Of a stretch of 64,000 nucleotides of DNA, positions 36,551-47,910 are shown one piece after another. The stretch is from Octopus vulgaris (taxonomy: Eukaryota). Each line of letters opens with the position of its first letter. Positions within the stretch are counted from its first letter, which is position 1. The stretch spans positions 23,250,001 to 23,314,000 of the forward strand of contig OX597838.1 in NCBI GenBank assembly GCA_951406725.2, given 5' to 3'. The notes beneath the pieces are model-generated. The model saw only the letters and a program-made list of their open reading frames with translations, had not been told where the DNA came from and ran no database searches. The position numbers were made by a program, and so were the translations under genes.

Positions 36551-37284
36551 TATATATTTATTTATTTTCATTGTTGTTGTTCATATTTATTTTCATTGTT
36601 ATCATTATTTTTATTTTTTTTTGATTATTATTAACAAGGATAGTGGTGGATTGGCAGAATCTGTTGAGCATCAGACAAAATGCCCTGTGCTATTTATTTG
36701 ACCTCTTTCTAAGTTTCTGAATTAGAATTTCACTGGGTGGGGTGGGGCTGGGGGAAGTAAAGGTGGGGGGGGTCAAATTTGTCTATCATCTTTTCAGGTG
36801 TGTGGGGGGGGGGCGGTGGTTCTCGGGGGAGGGGGGATGGAAATAAAATACACAGTTAAGCGGTCATTAGTACTGGCAGAGGAGAGGGACTGATTTCAAT
36901 GACTGCTCTCCTACAAAAAGCAGAAAAATTTTAAAAAAACAACCAAACAAAAAATTGTGGCTCTGTATGTTAGAGAAAAAAAAAAATTGATTATTATTAC
37001 CATTGATATTTTTTAATATTTATTATCATATTATTATTATTATTATTATTTGTCATTTTTATGGTTATTATTTTTATTACTATTATAATATAAAAAGAAA
37101 TGAAACAGCCAAAAAATAAACTTGTGAAAAAAAATGCAAAAACAAATTTAAAAAAAAAAAAGCAACAACATTCTTGATTTCAATAAAACTATAAACAATT
37201 TTAAGTTTCAAGCTGAAGTGGTGTCCCTTACAAATGTCCATAAGTCCCTTTGTATTTATTGTTATTATTATTATTATTATTATG

Positions 37285-37332
<48 letters not shown>

Positions 37333-37545
37333 GAGGTGGTAAGGTGGCAGAATTTTTAGCATGCTTGACAAAATGTTTGGCAACATTTCATCTGTTTTTG
37401 TTCCGAGTTCAAATTTTGCAGAGGTTCACTTGCTTTTCATCCTTTTAGGGGTCAATAAAATAAGTACCAGTTGATCACTGGGGTGTCAAGGTAATTGACT
37501 CATCCCCTCCCCACAGATTTCAGGCCTTGTGCCAATATTTGAAAC

Positions 37546-37590
<45 letters not shown>

Positions 37591-40340
37591 AGGTGGCAAG
37601 CTGGCAGAATCGTTAGCATGCTGGACGAAATGCTTAGCAGTATTTCAACCGTTGCTACATTCTGAGTTCAAATTCTGCAAAGGTCGACTTCACCTTTTAT
37701 CCTTTCAGGGGCCAATAAAATAAGTAGCAGTATTATTGGATTGGTGTAATTGTTACAGTGTCTTCCAAGATGCTTTGTGACATTTGTGTCAGCTCTTTAC
37801 GTTCCAAGTTCAAATCCTGCCACGGTAATCTTAGCCTTTCATCCTTCCAAGGTTGATAAAGTAACAGCCAAGATTTAATCAACTGTAGCCCTCCACACAC
37901 AGATACACAAATTTCTAGCATCATCATCATCATCATTATTATTATTAGTATTAAGGTGATAAGCTGGCAGAATTGTTAACACACTGGACAAAACCCTTAC
38001 TAGTATTTCGTCTGCCACTATGTTCTGAGTTCAGATTCCGCTGAGGTTGACTTTGCCTTTCATTCTCTCAGGGTCGATAAAATAAAGTACCCGTGAAACA
38101 CTGGGGTCAATGTAGTTGACTTAATCCCTTCCCCCTTGTGACAAAAGTTTGAAATCATCATTATTATTATTATTCGGCGGCGAGCTGACTGAATTGTTAG
38201 CACGCCAGGTAAAATGCTCAGTGGTGTTTCACCTGTATTTGCATTCTGATTCAAATTCCAGCGGGGTTGGCTTTACCTTTGATCCCTTCAGGGTCAATAA
38301 AATAACAGTTGAGTACTGTTCCTTAAAATTTTGGGCCTTGTGCCTATAATATGAATGATTATTATTATTACAGTAGAAATCATCATCGTCATCATCATCA
38401 TTATTATTATTATATAATGTGGTGAGCTGGCAGAATCATTAGCATGCTGGATTAAATGCTTAGCTGTATTTCACCCATCACTACGTTCTGAGTTCAAATT
38501 CCACTGAGGTCAACTTTGCTTTTCATCCTTTCAGGGTCGATAAATTAAGTACCAGTGAAACGCTGGGGGTCGAGGTAATCGACTAGTCCCCCTCCCTACA
38601 AATATGAGGCCTTGTGCCTCCAGTAGAAAGGATTATTATTATTATTGGTGGTAAGGTGGTGAGCTGGCTGAATCATTAACATGCCAGACAAAATGCTTAG
38701 TGGCATTTCGTATGTCTTTATGTTCTGAGTTCAAATTCCACCGAGGTTGACTTTGCCTTTCATCCTTTTGGGGGTCAATGAAATCAACTATCCCCCTCCA
38801 CCAAAATTTCAGGCCATATGCTTATAGTAAAAAGGGCCATTATTATGGGTGTTGAGAGTAGAAGTATCATTAGAGCATCAGACAAAACAGTTTGCAGGTT
38901 TTGTTCCAGCTCTCTGTTCTGAGTTCAAATCTTACCCAGGTCAACCTTATGTGTTATCCCTCCAGGGTCAATAAAATAAAGTACTGTCCAAGTACGGAGG
39001 TCGATGCTGTAGACTGACTCCTTTACTGCTTCCTCACCCCACTTGTGCGTGAATTAAAAGCAATTATTTAGGGTGGGTGGGTATATGGAATCATTAGTGT
39101 ATCAGGCAAGATGGCTCGTGGCATTTGTGTGTTCAAATCCTGCTGAGGTTGACTGCCTTTTTAAGGACAATGCAATAAAGTACCAGCCCAGTACCTGGCT
39201 AAATGGCATCAACTAACCCCTTTCCCATCAAAATTGTCAACCTTGTATCTTAATTAGAAATCATTTCAACATTAATGGCATTGTAGGTGTGGCTGTGTGG
39301 TAAGAAGCTTGCTTCCCAACCACATGGTTCTGGGTTCATTCCCACTGCATGGCACCTTGGGCAAGTGTCTTCTACAGTAGCCTTGGGCGGACCAAAGCCT
39401 TGTAAGTGGATTTGGTAGATGGAAACTTAAAGAAGCCCATCGTATATATATATAAATATATATTTGTGTGTCTGTGTTTGTCTCCCCCCACTATCACTTC
39501 ACAACCGATGTTGGTGTATTTACTTCCCCATAACTTAGTTTGTTTGGCAAAAGACCCCGATAGAATAAGTACTAGGCTTACATAGTCCTGGGGTCGATTT
39601 TTTTTTTTTTTTTTTTACTAAAGGTAGTGCTCCAACATGGCCACAGTCAAATGACTGCAACAAAAGAATATTTTGACACTGGCCCAGTAGTTTCTGATGA
39701 GGGGTGAGTTAATTACATTGACCCCCAGCATCTAAATGGTAAGGATGAAAGACATAGTCAACCTCAGCTGAACTTGAACCCAGAACATAAAAACAGAATA
39801 AATGGCGTTAAGGATTTTGTTCAACACACTAATGATTCTGCCCGTTTGTCACTTTAATGATAATTATAAAAATCCCTTCTGCTAAAAAAAGTACAAGGCT
39901 TGATAATTAAGGGAGGAGGTGGGGATAGTCAATTACACCAACCCCAATGCTCAACTTGTACTTATTTTATTTCCACCCCCACAAAATGATAAAATAGAAA
40001 GTCAACTTGGTAGGATTTGAACTCTGAATGTAAAACTGGAAGAAATAATGCTGAGCATTTTGTCCAGTGCATTAACAGTTGTGCCAGCTCAATTTAATAA
40101 TAATAATAATAATAATTGTTGTTGTTGAGTTGGCAGAACTGTTAGCATGCTGGGTTAAATGCTTAGCAGCATTTCATCTGTCTTTACGTTCTGAGTTCAA
40201 ATCCTGTCAAGGTTGACTTTGCCTTTCATTCTTCCAGCGTTGATAAAATAAGCACCAGTTGAACACTGGGGGGCGTCAATGTAATCAACATACCCACTCC
40301 CACCTGAATTTGCTGGCGTTGTGCCAAAATTTGAAACCAT
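35535..40340. repeat. Dense cluster of SINE family A copies separated by (TTA)n
   Basis: About 15 plus-strand copies (e.g. 35818, 36082, 36330, 37334, 37592, 37954, 38418, 38654, 40127) and two minus-strand copies at about 39680-40090. Confidence 0.85.
37182..37187 (+). promoter_or_regulatory. Candidate ANKRD13 polyadenylation signal
   Basis: AATAAA in a non-SINE, A-rich stretch, followed by a T/GT-rich segment; other AATAAA hexamers lie nearby. Confidence 0.3.
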
Positions 40341-41003
40341 TATTATTATTTATTATTGTTGTTATTATTATTATTATTATTATCCCTGATTCTCACATAT
40401 TTGACAATCGTTTTTTTTTTTTTTTTTTTTCTGTCACACCTGTCAGTGGTCCCTTCCTCCTCCCATGTTGATATACCCCCACCCTGTGCTCTTTTCAAGT
40501 TAAAAAATGCAAAATTGAAACCCCTGACTTCTTTTGTTTCAGGAATCCCTTTTCCCTACCAACTCCACCCCCCCCCTTTTTTTAAAAAATTTATGCTTTG
40601 AATATATTTATAATTATTTCTCCCTCCCACATCACCTTCCATGTAAGCCCTGTACCCCCCCTCTTTTTTTTGTTAGTTTGTTGCTTTCCCCCCTGTCTCT
40701 TCTTGTGTTTCCCACTCTGTACTGTGTGTGTGTGTGTGTGTGAGCAAGGTAAGGTCATCTCCAGTATAAGTGATCCAAGGTAGTCATAGGTGTGTCATAT
40801 ACAGTGTATATGACACACATGTATGGCTCTTCTCCAAGAAGATTCTCATTCTCAGTACCTCATTTGATTTTTTTTTTTTTTTTTTTTTGGGTTTTAGATT
40901 GAAAGAGATAAAGGCTTCAATTAAAAACGTATTCAAAACTAGAATTCATAATTGGTTGAAGTGATCCAAAAATTTCATAAATGAATACACACACACATGC
41001 ATC

Positions 41004-41036
<33 letters not shown>

Positions 41037-41692
41037 TTTGAAATTCAGTTTCCTTGATCTGATGTATCCAAGTAGACTGTTCCGAGTTTTGTTTTTTCAA
41101 GTTCATCTTAAGTGTGTCTTTCTATCTCCCCTTTGGTTTACCAAGTCATTGGAAGCCACACATACACATTTGTATATATGTTATGTATAGGAAACAGTGC
41201 TTCAGTATGCTGTTAGCCACGATGAAAAAGCTAACTCACAAACATACAAACTATAACCACTGATGTATCATACTTTTTGTCTGGAGATAGAGATAATATC
41301 TTCAGATGAATACCCTGGTAAATTTGCCTTTTTGCAATGTATTTGCATTAAGTATGATACACAGATGACTCTTTTAATCTAAAACTGCTTCTGTTGCATA
41401 TAAGGGATTTATATATATGTATGTATGTGTGTAAATTTTGATCTCCATTTGTTTTTTATACCTATTTCACACCTGGAATCATCCTTGAGTCAGATCTACA
41501 ATCTAAATTGGATTTGGTACTTAGATATCTACATACCTATGGTATGTTACAAACACATAATACCTCATGGTTGTTATAGCTCTCTGTGAATCCTATGTTA
41601 TGGTACCTAGCCAGTTCTGGCATCCTATCTGCTGATGCACCTAGATTCTAATGAATTCTATAACTATATATATATATATATATGTATGTGTA

Positions 41693-41732
<40 letters not shown>

Positions 41733-41898
41733 CATACATACGTGCAGTTGTGGCTGTGTGGTAAGAAGCTTGCTTCCTAACCACATGGTTCTGGGTTCAG
41801 TCCCACTGCTTGGAACCTCGGGCAAGTGTCTTCTACTATAGCTTCAAGCTGCCCAAAGTCTTGTGAGTGGATTTGGTAGACGGACTCTGAAAGAAGCC

Positions 41899-41937
<39 letters not shown>

Positions 41938-42188
41938 TGTTTGTGTGTCTTTGTGTCTGTTTATCCCCTCACCATCATTTGACAACCGATATTGGTGTGT
42001 TTTGCATCTCCGTAATTTAGCGGTTCAGCAAAAGAGACCAATACAATAAGTAGTCGGCTTACAAAGAATAAGTCCTAGGGTCGATTTTTTTTTTTTTTTT
42101 TTTTTTTTTACTATGACCCTTTAAGGCGGTGCTCCAACATAGCCACAGTCAAATGACAAACAAGTAAAAGAATATGTGTGTGTGTGTG

Positions 42189-42220
<32 letters not shown>

Positions 42221-42221
42221 C

Positions 42222-42478
42222 ACAGTATATGTACGTATATATATATATACAGTATATGTACGTATATATATATATATATATATATACAGTATATGTACGT
42301 ATATATATATATATATATATATACAGTATATGTACGTATATATATATATATATATACAGTATATGTACGTATATATATATATATATATACAGTATATGTA
42401 CGTATATATATATATACAGTATATGTACGTATATATATATATACAGTATATGTACGTATATATATATATATATATATG
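42222..42478. repeat. Compound satellite cagtatatgtacg(ta)n
   Basis: Nine units with variable TA length. Confidence 0.9.
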
Positions 42479-43699
42479 TGTGTACATATACTGTATACAT
42501 ATTGTATAGAAAACACGTTCTCCCACAGTTACTGAGAGGTCCTCAGCTCACACTTGTAAACATGTTTAGCATCCCCCCCTCCAGCACAACTACCCCTCCC
42601 TCCACTACCACCACCACCACCATATCAACAAACCTCCTGCCAGGACCACCTCTTCTCTTTCTATGCATTTTCCTTTTCTACCAGACATTTCAACTAAAAC
42701 TCTACGACAATACTCAATAACCATTGTATTGTTACCAATGCACTTCTGCTTGCAAGAAATTTGTTGTGAAGTGTGAGTCGTTGCTGTTGTTGTTGTTGTT
42801 GCTTTTAGCCACAATCAAGTGGGGGCGGGGGTGGATAAGATATATGAATTTCTGAAGAGAAAAGCGTAGTTTCATATTTTGTGTGTGTGTGTGTATGTAT
42901 TAAGCTTTTCAAATGTTGTAAAATTCTGACAAATCATATAGGTATATAAGTAGTATGCATGTATGTATACGCATGTTGAAATATACATCCATGTACATGT
43001 TTGTGAATGAACATAGGAACATATACACATGTACAAATATATATACTCTTTTACTTGTTTCAGTCATATATATATATATATATATATTTATATTTTGTGA
43101 AATTTGATTTAGTATTTCTAAATTGAATTTTTCCCTGTAAATTTGGAATAATATTCTCTCAAATTATTATATATATATATATATATATATACCCACACAT
43201 GTATGAACATATATGTACATATTAAATTAAAAATTTTTTTTCTTTTTATAAAAGCCAAAACAATGCAAGTTATAAGAAAAGATATATAAGTCAATGGTTT
43301 GTACTTTTACCTTGTATTTCAATATTTCGGTTTTAGGAGCCCTTTGTCAGGAAATCTTCAGTTAAAATGGTGTTGTTGAACACACATGCTACAGAACAGA
43401 CAGCCGTTCAAGAATTTGGACCTGGAGATTTCCATTTCCAGCGACAGAACAGACAAGCCAGCTCACAATGCCATTTTTCCAAAGATTTCCCGAAGGAGAG
43501 AGAGAGAGAGAGCTCCTAACCCTGAAATAGTGAAATACAAAGTAAAAATTACTAATCATCGTTACATGACTAATCATCAACTTGCATTGTTTGGTTTTAA
43601 AAAACAATCATTAAAAACACTAACACACACATATATAACCATTTATATACTACATGTATAGATGTGTATGTGTGGGTGTACATGTATGTATATATATAA

Positions 43700-44199
43700 T
43701 AAAATATTAGGGAATAAATCCAAACTTACAGGGAAAAATCAGATTTAAGATTGAATCCAATTTTATAGTAAAATATTATATTAAATTAGAGATAAAACCA
43801 CTATTAGGCAAATCATACAATGAAAAACTTAAGCCAATACATAAGATTAATTAATTTATATTATTTAAATATATATCAAAATTATTAAAAAAGATAATTA
43901 ATATAACACTACGATCGTTTCATGGCTGTTCAATTCTTAAAATTTTCGAGTTACAGTCATTCTTCAGGTGGTTTAAATATTTAACTTGGCGAGGTTTAAA
44001 CCACCTGAAGAATGACTGTAACTCGAAAATTTTAAGAATTGAACAGCCATGAAACGATTGTTGTGTTATATTAATTATCTTTTTTAATAATTTTGATATA
44101 TATTTAAATAATATAAATTAATTAATCTTATGTATTGGCTTAAGTTTTTCATTGTATGATTTGCCTAATAGTGGTTTTATCTCTAATTTAATATAATAT
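43700..44199. mobile_element. Fold-back insertion, probable Penelope-like remnant with inverted pLTR
   Basis: About 205-bp arms at 43773-43977 and 43995-44199, 17-nt spacer, a hammerhead motif in each arm, (TA)n flanks. Confidence 0.75.
43907..43970 (-). ncRNA. Minimal type I hammerhead ribozyme (Penelope-like element type)
   Basis: cac CTGAAGA atgactgt-[loop]-acagccat GAAA c-GATC-g TA gtg: both conserved boxes, stem II 7/8 bp, palindromic loop III, GUA cleavage triplet, stem I cac/gtg. Confidence 0.72.
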
Positions 44200-45404
44200 A
44201 TATATATATATATATATTTTGTATGTTTCTGCCCTAAGGCTGTGGCCATGCTGGGATATATATGTATATGCTATGTTTGTGTGTATCTGTGTATGAGTGA
44301 ATGTATGTATGCGTGCATGATATTCATCTTCACTGCCTGGTATCCATCCACTTCTGTTTGTGACCTCCAACCCCCCACAGCTGAAGTTACTGTTTGCACT
44401 AATGTGGAAGTAAGGTATCCTATCTATGAGTGTTACATGCAGCCTGTTGAAAGAGGTGGGGACATTGTAAGACATGTTAATAATAATAACGATGACGATG
44501 ATGATGATGATAATAACAATAATAAACAAAATGTGTGAAAGTCCCTAAAACCTGACAAAAAACAAGCTGATGTCATGCCGAATTGTAAAATTGTTTAAAA
44601 AAAAAAGACAAAAAAAGTAAAATAACAGAAAAAAAAAACAACTTTTGCACCTTTTGTGAGGTTTGAATTGTTTTTATTGATGTTTTGATGTTTTTTGCAA
44701 TGTTGTTGTGGATTGGTAGAATGATGGGCAAAATATCTTGGGATATTTCATGTCTGTATTCTTTTATTATTTTACCTGTTTTAGTCATTTTGACTGCGGC
44801 CATGCTGGAGCACCACTTTTAGTTGAACAATTCAACCCCTAGGACTTATTCTTTGTAAGCAATGCACTACATGTCTCAGTCCTCTATCATCTCCATCTGA
44901 AGGCCCAGCAATTTGAGATCGGCCTTCAGTACCCCATCCTAGGTCTTCCTGGGTCTCCCCCTTCACCTGCACTTTACATTAATACATTAACATCATTATA
45001 TAATAAGGATTGCTATTCAGACTTGTGATTCTCAGAACAACAAGACACAAATACTCCAAGACATTGTGTCCAACCCTCTAAGCAATTCTGCCAATGGACT
45101 GCTCTGTAGATGGACTGAATAATAATTATTCTATTGTTTGTTTTTCTCTGTTGGCATGGGTTGTATAGGTCTACATAAGTGTTGCAGTCTCATATCACTA
45201 GGAGCCTTTGTATGTGGTTGTTCAACCTGCTAGAAATAGCAGTCAAGTCACCTCCTCCCTCTTGCATACCACCATCTTAAAAAACTGATTTGACACTGTG
45301 ATCCTGGATTATTTGCTGTTTAGGAAAAGAGAGGCTGTTCAAAGTTGTGCTCAGTCACGGTTGGAAAGCAAGAAGAAATGCTAAAATGAGATCATATATA
45401 TATA

Positions 45405-45705
45405 TATAATCAAAATTAGCAACAAGAATGACTCCGGTAATTTGGTACGATCGTTTCATTCTACATCATTTTATTAAATGTTGTGAGTATTACAACAGAT
45501 TTAAAATGCCAAGTACTGTTGTAATACTTACAACATTTAATAAAATGATGTAGTACGAAACGATCGTACCAAATTACCGGAGTCATTCTTGTTGCTTATT
45601 TTGATTATAATCACCCCACGGATTTTTATGGATAACACCATACAAAATTCTGGTGCATTTAAATTAAGTACCATATTTATTTGAATCTAAATTTTTGCTG
45701 AACTT
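45405..45705. mobile_element. Fold-back insertion, probable Penelope-like remnant
   Basis: About 94-bp arms at 45405-45498 and 45516-45609, 17-nt spacer, GAAA-CGATCG-TA hammerhead 3' half, one-sided extension, (TA)n flanks. Confidence 0.68.
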
Positions 45706-45749
45706 ATATATATATATATTTATTTACACAGCATATTTCCAAAAGTCTC

Positions 45750-46272
45750 GGTCACTAGTCATTGCCTTGGTGAGGCCTAATGTTTGAAGGTCATACTTCA
45801 TCCCAGGACTTCCTGGGTCTACCTCTTCCACAGGTTCCCTCAACCGCTAGGGTCTGGCACTTTTTCACACAGCTATCTCCATCCATTCTTGCCACATGAC
45901 CATACCATCACAGTCGTCTCTCTTGCACACTACATCTGATGCTTCTTAGGTCCAACTTTTCTCTCAAGGTATTTACCCTCTGTCGAGTATGCACACTGAC
46001 ATTACACATCCATCAGATCATACTGGCTTCATTCCTTGCGAGCTTATGCATATCCTCAGCAGTCATGGCCCATGTTTCACTGCCATGTAGCATGGCTGTT
46101 TGTACACACGTGTCATACAGTCTGCCTTTTACTCTGAGCGAGAGGCCCTTTGTCCCCAGCAGAGGTAAGAGCTCTCTGAATTTTGCCCAGGCTATTCTTA
46201 TTCTAGCAGCTACACTTTCAGCACACCCTCCCCCGCTACTGACTTGGTCACCTAGGTAACGGAAGCTATCAA
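45750..46272 (-). mobile_element. RTE-clade LINE C-terminal fragment
   Basis: LGDQVSSGGGCAESVAARIRIAWAKFRELLPLL...MLHGSETW...WYGHVARM...GRGRPRKSW; shorter relatives at about 800-1000 (+), 18520-18720 (-) and 44860-44975 (-). Confidence 0.8.
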
Positions 46273-46347
46273 CTACTTCAAGTTTTTCTTCCTGGAATGT
46301 GGCAGAAGCTGTTTTTCACTCTCGCTACACACACATATATATATATA

Positions 46348-46616
46348 CTGTTGTGTCTGGGCAGAGTCATTCTCTTCTGGTACCCTACAACTCAACACAC
46401 TCACCAGTAACACTTCCACCCACTTCCACCCTATTCCTCCAAAATTCCTGCCACATCCTGCAACCCTCTCAATAGTTTTGAGACTCAAAACTATTGAAAT
46501 GGTTGCAAGACGCAACAAAAATTTTAGCAAAATAAAAAAAATAAGTGGAAACTCCACCGGTGAGTGTGTTAAACCACAAGGCACCAAAAGAGAATGACTC
46601 TCCCCAGACACAACAG
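46348..46616. mobile_element. TA-flanked MITE with long imperfect TIRs
   Basis: ctgttgtgtctgggcagagtcattctctt... / ...aagagaatgactctccccagacacaacag. Confidence 0.7.
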
Positions 46617-46680
46617 TATATGCTTCAACACACAAGCTCACATAAAGAATCTTGCAAACCAAATCCAAAAATGAAATATA

Positions 46681-47234
46681 TTGTGTTCTCCGGAAAGTTT
46701 GTGCCGATTTTTAAAGGAAAGAAAAAGTTCAATAAATACTTGGCAATCAACCAAATCTGAACCATTTTGTTGCACAATGCGTCTCCATCTTACCTTTATC
46801 TTGAAAATACCCTCTTCCCAGAATTGAGGTGGTTTCATGGCAAAGAATTCATCAAGGTATCTTTTTACGTCATCCAAGGAATTGAAATTTTTACCATTAA
46901 GACTATTCTGCAGAGACCTGAATAAGTGGAAATCCGATGGAGCAATATCTGGTGAATACGGAGGGTGGGGACACACATCCCAGCCGAGCTGCAGCAATAT
47001 TTGTCTGGTTCCCAAAGCATCAAGTGCCGAAAATAAACTTTCTTATCTTCCATTTTAAAGGGTTACAGAATTAACACAGGTTATAGGAACATAAACCTTC
47101 TTCCATGAAAAGATAGCTTAAATTGTGCACTAAATGGAGGTGTAGTCAAATCCTATTTTATGGACTCAACCATGTTCTAAAATAAGTCGAAAGGTAAGCT
47201 ACTATAAATCGGCAAGAACTTTCCGGACATCCCA

Positions 47235-47235
<1 letters not shown>
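46681..47235 (-). mobile_element. Internally deleted mariner transposon with both TIRs
   Basis: TA-flanked TIRs (ttgtgttctccggaaagtttgtgccgattt / aaatcggcaagaactttccggacatcccaa); N-terminus MEDKKVYFRHLMLWE joined to C-terminus HPPYSPDIAPSDFHLFRSL; 3' remnant at 63419-63550. Confidence 0.88.
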
Positions 47236-47273
<38 letters not shown>

Positions 47274-47374
47274 CACAAGGGGAGGGGCTGAAAAGTTCTT
47301 GGCTTTGGGTAAAAGGAAATATAGGTAGATCAGTTACTTAAAATTTTATTCAGCATATTCCATTCTCAGATTCG

Positions 47375-47910
47375 CATGTCAGATTTACCAGAGGGGCAGG
47401 TAAACCCATAACATTAAATGACATGTCAGATTTGCCAGAGGGGCAGGTAAACCCATTACATTACATGACTTGTCAGAGGGGCAGGTCCAACCAATAACAT
47501 TACATGACATGTCAGATTTGCCAGTGGGGCAGGTCCAACCAATAACATTACATGACATGTCAGATTTGCCAGTGGGGCAGGTCCAACCAATAACATTACA
47601 TGACATGTCAGATTTGCCAGAGGGGCAGGTCCAACCAATAACATTACATGACATGTCAGATTTGCCAGAGGGGCAGGCTCAACCCATAACATTACATGTC
47701 AGATTTGCCAGAGGGGCAGGGACAACCCATAACATTACATGACATGTCGAAGATTCGCCAGAGGGGCAGGTGCAACCCATAACATTACATGACATGTCAG
47801 ATTCGCCAGAGGGGCAAATCCAACCCAATAACATTACATGACATGTCGAAGATTCGCCAGAGGGACAGGGCCAACCCATAACATTACATGACATGTCGAA
47901 GATTCGCCAT
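47375..47910. repeat. Minisatellite, about 48-bp unit, about 11-12 copies
   Basis: gacatgtcagatttgccagwggggcaggtccaaccaataacattacat repeated. Confidence 0.92.

Noticed and set aside
42111-42720. Long YI/CV-repeat ORFs (also 48.4-49.1 kb, 53.3 kb and 62.4 kb)
   Set aside because: Translations of TA, TG and CT microsatellites.
46638-47015. SETMAR-like domesticated gene
   Set aside because: The ORF lies within TIRs, lacks most of the transposase, and has no SET exons nearby.
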